Positions 38,029 through 49,500 of a stretch of DNA of 64,000 nucleotides are shown in pieces. The stretch spans positions 57,929 through 121,928 of the forward strand of contig JBBSVN010000002.1 in assembly GCA_038046765.1 (NCBI GenBank), in the 5' to 3' direction. Each line of letters starts with the position of its first letter. Within the stretch, counting starts at the first letter, position 1. The DNA is from Candidatus Micrarchaeota archaeon (GTDB lineage Archaea; Micrarchaeota; Micrarchaeia; Anstonellales; Bilamarchaeaceae). The notes below the pieces were generated by a model. That model made no database searches and was not told the DNA's origin. It saw only the letters and a program-made list of their open reading frames with translations. The position numbers and the translations under genes were made by a program.

Positions 38029-39705
38029 ATGTTTATATTTCTCTTTGCTCCTCCTCCAGTTGTTAAAAAAGAGAATGAGAAAGATCAAAAAGAGCCATTT
38101 AATATAAATCTAATTATTCAACAAATCGGTTCAGAAGATTTTAATCAAAAAGTTCTTGCATTAAAAGAAAAACAAAAAACAGAACCCTCCGAATTACTAG
38201 GTCATATCATTAAATTTAGCTCCGCTCTTTTAGGCTATAAAAAAGAAATTGAAACTATAAAAAATAACTTGATAGGAGCTACTCCCTCTACCACTAAAAA
38301 AATTGTTACAGGAATGGGTGGCTCAATTATTGCAGCCTGGGGTGCTATTCCTTATATTTTATCCGAAACCATATCTGCAAAAACAAATCATGTTTCCGTT
38401 GACTATGAAAAAACTAGAAAAGAACTAAGAGAAGTTTTATGGTCTGGATGGGAAATTGGTCGTTTAGAAAAACGTGCTCTTATCCAATTTGAAAAAGCTT
38501 TTGGAGAGTGGGGGGATTCAATAGCTAATACATATACTTTGTATAATAAACTTTCAACTGCTCTACTGCAAAATGATTCTAAATTAATTTCACTAATTTT
38601 GCCTGAATATAATAAAGCAATAAGGTTGATGCAAGTTAAATATGAATATATCGAATACTTGTTTGAACAATATAAATCTGTAGCCAATGAATTAGAAGAT
38701 GCACATATCTTAGCCAAAACATTTATGAAAACTGCAGGTTTGCTATTATCTACAACTTTGATTCCAAATCCATACGAAACAGCTGTCAAACTTAAACAAG
38801 CTAAAAATTTAGTTCCCATATTGAAGGTTGGAAAAACAGGTCGGGCTACTGATGTGGCGTGTGAAATGATTGGAGAATATATTATACCCGCAGTAAAAAT
38901 CAGAGGTCTTTTATTTAGTGCTGCGTTGGTTTTTACGTTTGATCAAAATCAGGTAAGATCAATATTTTCAGCTTGGATGAATAGCCAAGATGTAGCTGTT
39001 ATAAATAACAACGGAAAAGAAGAGACACAAATTATTAAAGAAGGTAAGCTATCCAAATATGTTAAAATTCAAGATGGGTTTGTTACTACAAATACTAATA
39101 TAATTGAAAAAAACGGAAAAAGTTTCTTAGAAACAGATAATGAAACTCCATTACAAATCAAAAAAGCTGGTTTTTCAGACTTTTTAGATGCAATGACTAC
39201 AGGGGTAGTAAAGACCACTGTCGATACAATTGAAATTGGTTTCTTCTTCGGCAATGCTGTAAAATTTGTAAAAATCGGAACAAGAACAATGTTTGGTGGC
39301 TCAGTTAAGATCGTAAGTGAAGATGGCAAAACGATAACTGTATTAGCTAGTAAAATGGCCAAGCTTTCAATAGGACTTGGTACAGATCAAAAAATAATCG
39401 AAGTTCTAGCAAAACAGGGAGTGAATATCGGAAATGAAGAAGTCTTGAAAGTAGTTGGGAAATTAATTACTGATCCAAAAAGAAGCAAAGAAATTTTGCA
39501 GATGCTCCAAGCTATAGATAAAAAAATGACTCGGTCTGCGGCTGAACAAATAGAGAAAATAGTTAAAGAAGGTTTTGAAGAAGCAAAAAAACTTATAAAA
39601 GAAGATTCAGCCGGGAGAATTGGATCTGCAACTAAAAATTTTATAAAACTTGCAGGAGCTGCAACAGGAATAAGTTTTATAATCTCATCTAAGAATGCAT
39701 ATTAA
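38029..39705 (+). CDS. Orphan helical protein (558 aa) with internal hydrophobic segments
   Basis: Long ORF; no recognisable motif. Confidence 0.75.
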   Translation: MFIFLFAPPPVVKKENEKDQKEPFNINLIIQQIGSEDFNQKVLALKEKQKTEPSELLGHIIKFSSALLGYKKEIETIKNNLIGATPSTTKKIVTGMGGSIIAAWGAIPYILSETISAKTNHVSVDYEKTRKELREVLWSGWEIGRLEKRALIQFEKAFGEWGDSIANTYTLYNKLSTALLQNDSKLISLILPEYNKAIRLMQVKYEYIEYLFEQYKSVANELEDAHILAKTFMKTAGLLLSTTLIPNPYETAVKLKQAKNLVPILKVGKTGRATDVACEMIGEYIIPAVKIRGLLFSAALVFTFDQNQVRSIFSAWMNSQDVAVINNNGKEETQIIKEGKLSKYVKIQDGFVTTNTNIIEKNGKSFLETDNETPLQIKKAGFSDFLDAMTTGVVKTTVDTIEIGFFFGNAVKFVKIGTRTMFGGSVKIVSEDGKTITVLASKMAKLSIGLGTDQKIIEVLAKQGVNIGNEEVLKVVGKLITDPKRSKEILQMLQAIDKKMTRSAAEQIEKIVKEGFEEAKKLIKEDSAGRIGSATKNFIKLAGAATGISFIISSKNAY

Positions 39706-39744
39706 TTATTTGTTACATTAAATAAATATCAATTTGGTGATCAT

Positions 39745-41637
39745 ATGACAGAAGGTGGACCAGCATTAGCAACAATTCCAGAACCAGGTAAATTACAAAA
39801 AGTTGTTCAGGAGTACGTATATCATAAAAAACCCGATGCAACCAAAGGGTTTACCGAAGCCCTTAAATCTTACTTTGAGCACACGCAGACATGGAAGCCA
39901 TCTAGTAGCAATAAAGATGCACTGCAAAAAGCAGTTGTAGAAACCGAAGCCCCTCTTGGTATCAAAAATTCAAAAAAAGTTAAAGTTACTTTATTACAAA
40001 AACTAGAACTGCTCAGACCTCTTGCTCATTATACTCCGGAAGAAAAAGAATGGTTCTTTAAGGCTGTTTTTAGTAAATCTGAACCTTACACCGAAAGATT
40101 AGCCCAACTTGTTGGCAGAATGGAATCTCCAAGCGGCATTAAATTAGAAAAAATTCTTGCAGTAGTAAACAAAGATTTTGAACGAGACCCTATAATGAAA
40201 GTTGCAGGTGAGCTCTTTGATGACTTAGTTAACTTTAGTGCTAAGGGAAAAAAGGAAATTACCCAAACCCTAAACGATACGATTACCGTCCTAGTCGGTA
40301 TGCGATTAAAAGGCTTAGTTTCAGAAGGCGTTGTAAGCTCCTTTAGTGTCCGTGCTTCAATAATGCATGCATTTGAACTAAGACAGGATTTTGAAAAAAT
40401 AGTTGGAGAAACTGCTGCAGATGATTTCTTTAGAAAATTAATTAGTTCAAAAAGAACGGGCTCAATTGATGAGTTACTGTCTGAGATGGAAACACAGGTA
40501 AGAAGTGATAAAGTCAAATCAACTCTTTTAGCGATTAAGGATAATTTATCTGCACTAAGCGAATCAAATCTTTCTAAAATCAGATCATTAATTCAATCTT
40601 TAAATCTTTTAGGCTCTCATATAGAAGCTGTTGAGACTACTACAGGTTTAACTGATCAGCTCGATACTCTGCTAAAAGCAGCTAAACTGGCTAAAAGTCC
40701 TGCTGAAAATAAAGTAGCTCAAGAAAGACTATCTAGGTTTATCAAAATTATGGAAGAAAGACTTTCTGATATCCAATTAGAAAGATTAAGTGTATCATCT
40801 ACATTAAGCAAAGCTATTGGCCTCGTAAAAGAAAAGTTAGCTAAAGTACCAAATCTAAAATTACTTCTAGATAATCTCAAAAATCTTGGTTTGGAAGTCG
40901 AATCGATGCTTAATATGAAGGGTCTTTATAAGACAATGCTAGAAGAATCTGCTGAAAAAGGCGGGTTAATGAAAAATATGGGTAGATTCCTTTTTTGGGC
41001 TGCAATTCCGGTTACTGGTCCAGCCTGGGGCCTATGGAAAAGTAGTGTCTATGCCTTTAAAACTAATCCAAAAGTAGGCATGGCAATACTTGGTATAGGA
41101 ACTTTTATTGCAGAAGAAAAATTCTACGGTGGCAGTGGCAAGGCATACTCTTTTATAAGGCAACTATTCCAAGGAAAAGATAAAACGCCAGGTCAGGCTT
41201 CACCAGCAACACCTGCTCCGCTTGTAAGTAAAGCTGATGAAGAGTTAATTGCCAGTGAAGCGATAATAAAACCAACCATGTTGAACGAAACAGAGCGAAC
41301 TTTTCTAAAAACTAATCCGAATATTTTAGCTCTCTTTGAACGTCTTTTAAGAGACATGAAAATAACTGAATTAGATGAAACTAACATCGCTGTAATAAAA
41401 GCTGCTATAACGTATATCAATAAGAATCCTGCAAGAGTGGAAAGGTTTAGCAAGAAGGCAGATGTTAAAGTTTTAGTTTCTGAACTTAAGGAGCAAATGG
41501 AAGCTGGAGAAATGAAAGAGCTGATGGAAATAATTAAACAAGCAATAAAGGAAAAACCCCCGACTATCAAATCTCGTCCAAGTAAAAGAGCTACACCAGC
41601 TAAAAAACCCGAGGAAAAGCCTAAACCACTAAGATAA
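39745..41637 (+). CDS. Orphan helical protein (630 aa) with hydrophobic hairpin and P/K-rich tail
   Basis: GGTGA RBS; FLFWAAIPVTGPAWGLW…VGMAILGIGTFIA. Confidence 0.8.
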   Translation: MTEGGPALATIPEPGKLQKVVQEYVYHKKPDATKGFTEALKSYFEHTQTWKPSSSNKDALQKAVVETEAPLGIKNSKKVKVTLLQKLELLRPLAHYTPEEKEWFFKAVFSKSEPYTERLAQLVGRMESPSGIKLEKILAVVNKDFERDPIMKVAGELFDDLVNFSAKGKKEITQTLNDTITVLVGMRLKGLVSEGVVSSFSVRASIMHAFELRQDFEKIVGETAADDFFRKLISSKRTGSIDELLSEMETQVRSDKVKSTLLAIKDNLSALSESNLSKIRSLIQSLNLLGSHIEAVETTTGLTDQLDTLLKAAKLAKSPAENKVAQERLSRFIKIMEERLSDIQLERLSVSSTLSKAIGLVKEKLAKVPNLKLLLDNLKNLGLEVESMLNMKGLYKTMLEESAEKGGLMKNMGRFLFWAAIPVTGPAWGLWKSSVYAFKTNPKVGMAILGIGTFIAEEKFYGGSGKAYSFIRQLFQGKDKTPGQASPATPAPLVSKADEELIASEAIIKPTMLNETERTFLKTNPNILALFERLLRDMKITELDETNIAVIKAAITYINKNPARVERFSKKADVKVLVSELKEQMEAGEMKELMEIIKQAIKEKPPTIKSRPSKRATPAKKPEEKPKPLR

Positions 41638-41877
41638 TTTTTCCTTAGTCTTTTCTTTATTTTTCCTTTCTTTTTAACTAAAATAATAAAATGCGTCGCA
41701 TTTAACTCCAAAATGCGTTGCAAATCAGTCTGCTTTATGAATTCGGATTTATTCGGCATTTCATATTTTGCCGAATTATGCCGAATTAATCCAACACTAA
41801 AATAATTTAGTACGCTTATTGACGAAATTAAGGAATGTTTTTATATACCTTCTGCTGTAAATAAATAAGCGATTATT

Positions 41878-42459
41878 ATGAAAACCCTCAAAATTCTTGT
41901 AAAAGGAATTGTCCAAAGAGTTGGCTATCGTGCATTTATAGAAAGAGTAGCCAGAAGATTGAAGATAAAAGGAACTGTAAAAAACCTGGCAGATTCTGAA
42001 GAATCTGTTGAAATTATTATTCAACATAAAGACAAATCCGTTATTGAAGAATTTCTTAAATCAATAAATATCAAAACTGAGTTAGTTCATGTTGAACAAA
42101 TTATAAAACAAGAAATTGAACAACCAGAATTTCTAAAGTTTGAAGTTCTGCGTGGTTCTTATGAAGAAGAAAATGCAGAACGATTAGATGTTGCTGCAGC
42201 TCATTTAGATAATTTAACTAAAGAAGTAAGAACTGGTTTTACAGGAGTAAATAATAAATTAGAAAGTATGGATTCAAAGCTAGAAAACATCGATGAAAAA
42301 TTAGAAATGGGATTTTCTGAAATGAATCACGGTTTTTCTGAGTCACATAAAAGACTTGATAAAATTAATGTTACTTTAGAAAAAAGCGTTGTAAGTGAGA
42401 TTGCAGAAATGAAAGAAAAGATTGCAAAAATCGAACAAGTTTTGCATATTAAATCTTAA
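41878..42459 (+). CDS. Acylphosphatase-like domain with C-terminal coiled coil
   Basis: ILVKGIVQRVGYR…IKGTVKNLAD..SVEII, then heptad repeats. Confidence 0.85.
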   Translation: MKTLKILVKGIVQRVGYRAFIERVARRLKIKGTVKNLADSEESVEIIIQHKDKSVIEEFLKSINIKTELVHVEQIIKQEIEQPEFLKFEVLRGSYEEENAERLDVAAAHLDNLTKEVRTGFTGVNNKLESMDSKLENIDEKLEMGFSEMNHGFSESHKRLDKINVTLEKSVVSEIAEMKEKIAKIEQVLHIKS

Positions 42460-42746
42460 CTATACCAGCTACTTTTTAAGTGGTACGAATTGATTAAGTG
42501 CTACGAATTAACTAAGAATTAAAATTACGTCCATTCGCTTCGAAGTTAGGTTAGATAACTCTTCGGCAAATCATTGCTGATTATATTACTTTGCCGAATT
42601 AAAAAGATTATAATTTGATATATTCGGATTATCATAATGCTATCTGCTACTAGCTAGTGGTTACCTTCCATCTGTCACCACACCTTTAAAATACTTTTCG
42701 TACATATATTTATACGGATTATAATACTTAAAAAGGTGAAACTTTC

Positions 42747-44618
42747 ATGGCAGGAGTAGGTGGAACGTTAAAATCTATTGGAGACTGGTTTAGACCTTCT
42801 CAAGCCAGGTTAGAAAAAGAAACTGAAACGAAAGAATTCTTAACTCGAGTTGGAAGGGCACCACTAACCGACTTTTTGGAAGCGCGATCAGGACGCATTG
42901 GTATCTTCACCTCAGAAATAAATACTGTTCTTCCTGGTTATGGAAGTATATTTGTTAGAAGGAGTCTTGCAAGAAAGTTAGGTAGGATTGCAGATGGAGA
43001 GAGAAACATTACATTTACTGGGGAAGAAACACAACATTTCCTTGCACTAGAAAAAGAATATCTAGAAGTTAGAACTTTTCTTGCAGATCAATTAACTACT
43101 ATTGAAGAATACGCTAAATTAAGGTCTGCTGCAAACGGAATTTTTGGAAGCAATACTCTTCGTGGGGGATGGATATTTGGACGACAGGATGTTGAAGAAC
43201 TTTTTCTTCAGGAATGTGGCGCCCGTTCAGATGCTGTTGCTAATGAACTTATAATTAATGTTCAAACCTTGGCTTTTGAACCCGCGGGTGAAGCTACTAG
43301 ATTTATGGATGAACTTAGAGCCATTAGAAGGGAAACTCGAGACGATTTTTTAACTGTAAAAGTTAATTCCTTAGTTGCTAGTCTAAATCCCCATTCCGGG
43401 ATTGATGATGCACTAAACTTACTTAAAAGCGCTATTATTGCTGGATCAGGGAGTACTTTAGGTAGGGCATCTGCAATATCTAATCTCGAAGTTATTTATT
43501 CGGATTATACAACTCATATTGATTCATTTATAGATAATGTTGCGGGAGCAACTCCGCCCCCCGCTGTTTTAACTGCATTGCAAGACAGATATTTAATACT
43601 AAACGATGCATCCATTAGAATTTCTAATTTGTCTGATAATTTAGTTCTTGAAAGAACTGCGTTAAACTCTTCTTTAGCTGGAGAAATGACTGCTTTTAGA
43701 ACTGCAATGGATGGCATGGTTGGCAAATTTTTATCAAGAGAAAAAGGTAGATTTCAGAATCCTGCAAAAAGAGTTGTTGAATTATTTTTAGAATCAAATC
43801 CTGAATTAGTACGGATACTTGGAAGATTGCCTGCAATAAGTGCATCACAACAAGAGATTCAACAAGAAAGAGATCAAAAGAAACTGCTAAGAAGATTAAG
43901 AGATGTGTTATTTCACAAATTTGGGGCGGTTGAAATGGCGGTATTTAGTGCTGTGTTTAGTGTTACTGTTGCCCTATTAGGTCTTGCCATTAAGTTTCCA
44001 ACCCTTCCTGTTTTAGGATATGTCTATAAAACAGAAATAGGACAGTATGCAAAAAAGAAATATCAGGAAAACTTCGGAAAGAAGGAAAAACCAGATTTAA
44101 CTAAAGAAGAAAAAGCGAAATTAGACGCAGAAAATAAATCATTAAAAGATGTAAGTACGATCCCTGTTGAAAAATTAGGCGTAAAACAAAAAGAGTTTTT
44201 ACAAAATAATCAAAAAGCGTGGATTGTTGCACAAATCTATCTATTGAAAAAATATGGATATACTGAAGTATATTCAGAAGAAGAAATAAAAGATTTGAAT
44301 GAAACTTTAGAAAAGATGAGAAACGATGAGCTTGTCAAAGCAATGGATCAAAGACTAAGAATAGGTCCAAAACAATTAACTGAAGCACTTGCCAAACTAA
44401 AAGAACAAAGCGGAATTGAATTAATATTAAGTGCAGATAAATCTGGAACACAAAAACAACAGATAAAACTTGGCAAGAAAGTTGGGACTGATCAACTGGA
44501 AGATCTGTTAAAAAGCCTTGGGTTAGTTGAAAAACCCGTCGAACAAAAACCAGTACAACCTGTAAAAACTAAAAAAGGTCCAGTAGCACCAGCGCCTAAA
44601 CCGGGACGTATGAGATGA
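42747..44618 (+). CDS. Orphan helical protein (623 aa) with hydrophobic segment and P/K-rich tail
   Basis: AGGTGA RBS; AVFSAVFSVTVALLGLAIKFPTLPVLGYVY. Confidence 0.8.
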   Translation: MAGVGGTLKSIGDWFRPSQARLEKETETKEFLTRVGRAPLTDFLEARSGRIGIFTSEINTVLPGYGSIFVRRSLARKLGRIADGERNITFTGEETQHFLALEKEYLEVRTFLADQLTTIEEYAKLRSAANGIFGSNTLRGGWIFGRQDVEELFLQECGARSDAVANELIINVQTLAFEPAGEATRFMDELRAIRRETRDDFLTVKVNSLVASLNPHSGIDDALNLLKSAIIAGSGSTLGRASAISNLEVIYSDYTTHIDSFIDNVAGATPPPAVLTALQDRYLILNDASIRISNLSDNLVLERTALNSSLAGEMTAFRTAMDGMVGKFLSREKGRFQNPAKRVVELFLESNPELVRILGRLPAISASQQEIQQERDQKKLLRRLRDVLFHKFGAVEMAVFSAVFSVTVALLGLAIKFPTLPVLGYVYKTEIGQYAKKKYQENFGKKEKPDLTKEEKAKLDAENKSLKDVSTIPVEKLGVKQKEFLQNNQKAWIVAQIYLLKKYGYTEVYSEEEIKDLNETLEKMRNDELVKAMDQRLRIGPKQLTEALAKLKEQSGIELILSADKSGTQKQQIKLGKKVGTDQLEDLLKSLGLVEKPVEQKPVQPVKTKKGPVAPAPKPGRMR

Positions 44619-46387
44619 TTAAAATGATTAGACATAAACAACTTGCTGCATGCGCTATCGCTACCGTAAGTTTTTTCACTAGTGCAACTAGAAACAAAGA
44701 GCCTAGTTTTAAAAATAGTTTCGTGGTGAATTCCGTTATGGCAGAATCACGTTTAAGATCAGAAGAAGAAGCAATGAAAGACCAAGCCTCAAAAGATGGT
44801 AAAGTGGCAGTAAAAGCACTTATTGAATATTATCGAAACGGCACTATGGCTGCCCGTTCTGAAGCTAATAAATTACTTAGAAAGTATACTATGGAAGGTA
44901 GCAAGTATACTGAAGAATTTTATGGAAAACCTTCTGATTTTGGATCATACGAGCAGCAAAAAAATGCAGGAACTCTTCTTGAAATTCGAGAGGGTGCCAT
45001 AGCTAAAGCTGCAAGAGACGGGGGCAGGCAATCCAATTCCTTAGATTTAATTTCTTATGCAGACGATGTTGTTAACGCTCGTCCTATTCTAGGAGCAAAA
45101 GCATCAAAAACAAAAATATCTGATGTTTTTGTATCTGCATTTGAACGAGCGGATATCGTTCAACTGTTATCCACCTTACAAATCCTAAAAGCTGGGGATC
45201 AAGATAAAGCTGAATTTATAGAAAAAATCCTTGGCAAAAAAGATTCTGACAAAACGGATAATTCTCCAGATGCCAAAGTAAATACTTTAGCAGAATCGCT
45301 CGAATCAGAAATAAAAAAAATGGAAAAACAAATAATTTCAACAGCTGAATCTAAAGGCATGGCGCCACCTGAAAAAATATTTTCAAAAGAACTTGCCCAG
45401 TTACAATCTAAAGCTCCAAAAAATATGTCTAACTTGGATTTAGCGCTCTTAAGGTTAGTTTTTGCACAATACGTCTATAAACAAGCAGAAAAATGTTCGA
45501 AAGATAAAGACTTGGAGATACCAGCTATGCTTTCACCTAATGAAATAAATATACCGTTTAAATCACAACAATCCAAGGCGAATGAAAAAGGTGTAGCTAA
45601 AGATGCAGTTACAAAAATTACAGTTCCTAAAGTTCCAAAACATATTGATGAATTAGAAACCAAACTAGCTTCTGCTGATAAAAAACTTTATGATGATCTT
45701 ATCAAACCCTTATTAAGGAAAAAAGTAACTGGCGTAAATTCCGAATACGAAATATGGGATTTAGAAGGTTTAGTTCAAAAAATCAGTGAGCTTAAATCTG
45801 AAGGTCGTGTTGGTGGAAATCTTTTAACTTGGTTTGAGCAAAGCCTAAAATCAGGAACATTTAGCGACTACATGGATAAAAAAGTTTCATTTAACGCTAC
45901 AAAACTGGCTGATGAATTAGTTCGCGGAAATAATGTTTTAGAAACGCTAGAAGTACTTAACTTAAAGGCTAACCTGGTAATCGGTCAAGCTACAGATGCT
46001 ATTGAAATTCAAAGGACAAAACTAGTAAAAGAAATCGTTCAAAAAGTTTCTAATATGCCTGAATTAAGAACTGAAATTGCAGAAATTCAAATGTCTGAAG
46101 GTGCAACTATGACTTCGGATGATTGGAAGGCTGTTAACTCGCTAAAAAGAGCTTTTATAAAAACTATGGGGAAAAAATCTGAAGAAGGCTTTAACAACGC
46201 TCTTGCACAAGTCGGGCTATCCAGGGAAGATATACTACTTAATACTAATAACTTTGACTATGATTTTGCAAGAATTATCTGTGTCTACACTGCATATAAA
46301 AATGGTAAATGGGCTCAGGTAAGACCAAGCTTCCCTGTAAAGTCTAAAATAAACGAAAGAACAACTAATACTCTTTTTAATGATTAA
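44615..46387 (+). CDS. Orphan exported helical protein (590 aa)
   Basis: Overlaps the upstream stop (ATGA); long signal-like leader ending …VNSVMA-E. Confidence 0.78.
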   Translation: MIKMIRHKQLAACAIATVSFFTSATRNKEPSFKNSFVVNSVMAESRLRSEEEAMKDQASKDGKVAVKALIEYYRNGTMAARSEANKLLRKYTMEGSKYTEEFYGKPSDFGSYEQQKNAGTLLEIREGAIAKAARDGGRQSNSLDLISYADDVVNARPILGAKASKTKISDVFVSAFERADIVQLLSTLQILKAGDQDKAEFIEKILGKKDSDKTDNSPDAKVNTLAESLESEIKKMEKQIISTAESKGMAPPEKIFSKELAQLQSKAPKNMSNLDLALLRLVFAQYVYKQAEKCSKDKDLEIPAMLSPNEINIPFKSQQSKANEKGVAKDAVTKITVPKVPKHIDELETKLASADKKLYDDLIKPLLRKKVTGVNSEYEIWDLEGLVQKISELKSEGRVGGNLLTWFEQSLKSGTFSDYMDKKVSFNATKLADELVRGNNVLETLEVLNLKANLVIGQATDAIEIQRTKLVKEIVQKVSNMPELRTEIAEIQMSEGATMTSDDWKAVNSLKRAFIKTMGKKSEEGFNNALAQVGLSREDILLNTNNFDYDFARIICVYTAYKNGKWAQVRPSFPVKSKINERTTNTLFND

Positions 46388-46506
46388 TCCTTATTTTTTT
46401 ACTTTGATTAATTCTATAGTTATTTACGCTTATTTTTACAAATAGTAACTATTTAAATAAGTTTTCCCTTATCTTACAATTAGAGTCTTGTTGTGGTGAA
46501 CTTTAT

Positions 46507-49500
46507 ATGGTTCGTTTCAAAAAATTTATTTCAGTGAGTGTTGCATTAGCAAACTCCGTATTGTCTTTTTCACCTAGCTTTAAAAGATTTGCCAGCCCTG
46601 AATATATAATGACAGCTCAAGCGCAGCCAATCGAAGGGGTAGAAACTAAAACTACACAAGTAGAAAATAAGACTACACAACTAGCAAAGGACGCGCTAAG
46701 AAAAATTGGAGAGTTTGCAATTACTGGGAATAATAAGGATCAAGTTAGCCGTTCTTTTGATGACGGTGATAAAAAGCCTGGTTTTCGAGAAGAGTTTAAA
46801 AAATTAATTAACGAACCCCCTACTGGCAAAGTAGAAGATAAAGAAACTGATGCAATAAAAAACTTACGATCTTTATATGTAGCTATTTTTAGTGACAATC
46901 CTGGTAATATACATTATCTACTTGATGCTTTAGATTCAGCTCATCGAATATTATCTAATAGTAGGCCATCAAGTCAAGTACCGGATTTTACTAAATCTAT
47001 CGAAGAGCAAAAACAAGAAAAATTTAATCATATTAAAATAAATTACTATGGTCAAATACAACTATTTTTAGATTTTGTATCTCTACAAAGGTTACCCAAA
47101 GAGCTAAATATATTATTAAATTCAAAAAGACCTACTGAAGAAGTACAAAAAATCCCTAGCTATAAGCTTGGTCAATTGTATCTTATTGCATCCTTCAATT
47201 TCCATAATCTTAGTTTAGCTGATAGAAAAGAAAGCAAAGACGGTCAGAAGTATTATGCGGTATTGGATGCGTTATACACATATAAAGATCAATCTGAATT
47301 TAAAAAAGGGTTTACAGACAAAGCTACTATAGAAAAATTAGGGGTCTTTGATTCTTTTACTGCTTTTAGTACCGTTTTATCTGAGAGGTATACCTACTAC
47401 AAGGAAAAAGAAAGCGAAAAACTTAGAACCAAACAACGATCTTCCTCTCCTGAATCTTTCCATGAATACTTAAGACTGGGTTTTGATCAAAGAGAAATGC
47501 AAGATATAAAACCAACTAAGAGAACAATTAATACCAAGAGCATTGAAAATCAGGTTATTATTGATCTAACTAAAAAACTAGGAATAATTGGCGTACCTGA
47601 AGATGCTACTCAACAAGTTAGGTTGGAAGCTTTGACAGACTCAATAAAAACACTCTTTAAAACAAATGATCAAAATGCAATTTTAATTACAGAAGCGCTA
47701 TTAAAAGTATACGCTGGACTAGAGGAAACTGATGAAATCAATTTCATAAATTTTATCCAAAAATCCGGTGCTTCTGTTAAATCCAGTATTGCTAGAAGTC
47801 TTGAATTAAATTATAATACAAAAGGTCAAACAACCCCTACAAAAATCGTGCGTCAAACCTTTGAAACTTGGCAAAAAATAGAAGACCAAAAAGTAACTGC
47901 CAGGGAAGAAACCGAAAAAGAATTAAAGCGTTACTCTCTTTACATACAAACAAATACTGCTCAGTTTTTCATAGCTGATTTTGAACAATCACCTGGTGGC
48001 CGAAGTCTTGAAAATATCACAAAGAGGTATGACTTTATTCAAGTCAAATTAAAATATTTATCTGGAGAAGAAACAAAGAATGCTAAGGAAATCAAATCAT
48101 TAGAGTCTGAACGAGCCAATTTATATGGTTGGGTTTTCGGACTTGGAATTCAACTACAAGAAGGTGAAAAACCCTCAACTAAAAATTATCTTAGTGGTCT
48201 TAAGGGCATTTTTTCAACTATTGAAAAAGCTTATTATTTTAATCCCCCCTCCGCCAACTTATCTGCATTATTGGATGGTTTGGAATCAAACACTAAGTTA
48301 AGTCTAATCGCCAGAAAATATGTTTTGAAGCTAGATTCAAACGTTGCGGGCATGTTTACAGAGCTAGATATATCTTCTAAAGATTTCTCAATACAACTTG
48401 GTAAAAAAATGTCTGAAAAATCATCAGAAGAGAAACAAAAGGAAGCTCAAAAAACCTGGACAGAAATTTACTATCCATATGGTTTAACTCTACCTAGTGT
48501 CCAATCACAAACTGGTTTAACTACGCCACAGCAGCAGGCACAACTAAGCAAGGTACAATTATCTGCTCCAAGTTTAGCTGAAATTACTGCGTATGGTCAG
48601 CTAGCTAATTTGACATATTTACAAAAGGAAGCTTTTTACGAATATGTCCAGCAAGCCCAAAGAGCAGGGATTGAAAGCTTAGAAGAAAAAACTTTGGTAA
48701 CAAATACCCTCGTAAAATTAAATGCAATAAATCCATTTCTAACTGTAAAATATCTTTATGCTATAAAACACATTGCAGAATTAACCAAGGATAATCCAAA
48801 TGCATATTTTGAAACTCTCGTGTCATTATCTGCAAATATTAGTGCTCTAACAAGATCTTTGTTTGACCCTACTGGAACAACGCAGTATACTCCTTTAGAA
48901 ATTAGAACTATAATTAGTACGATTAATAATGCTTTTGAAGACATCTTAAAAATTGATGCTTCTGCAATGAGTGTATTTACTAGATATAATCTGCTTGATA
49001 GAAATCTATTTATTGATCCAAATCCTCCTCACGCTATAAGGCAAAGGCCGCCTCTTTGGAAATACCCAATTACTGCAGGACAAGATGCTATTACAGGTAT
49101 CTCTCCTCCGTATCCATTTCCTAACTATCTTCTAAATGTCCCCTATCAACCCGGCTTTGCAAATTTAGGTGGTGTCTATAATTCTACTTATGGCGGTAGT
49201 GTAACATTACCTCAATTTAATATGTTTCAACTGACTCCTGGTGCAGGAATAGTAAAAGCTTCAGTTGAAAATTACATTAGTCCAACTCATCCCATATTAG
49301 GAATAAGTGAATATCTTCCTAGAACATACATTTCTCCCATATCCTATACTGAACTAATAAAAAAAATAAATCAAGCATTTATCTCAACAGAACCCGGTTC
49401 TTATGGGGGAAGAAGAATTGGTACTTCCCTTGGAGGCGGATTGATTGGTACTGGAGCTAAAGAATTAGAAGATTTACAATGGGGTGGAGGTGCACTTGGA

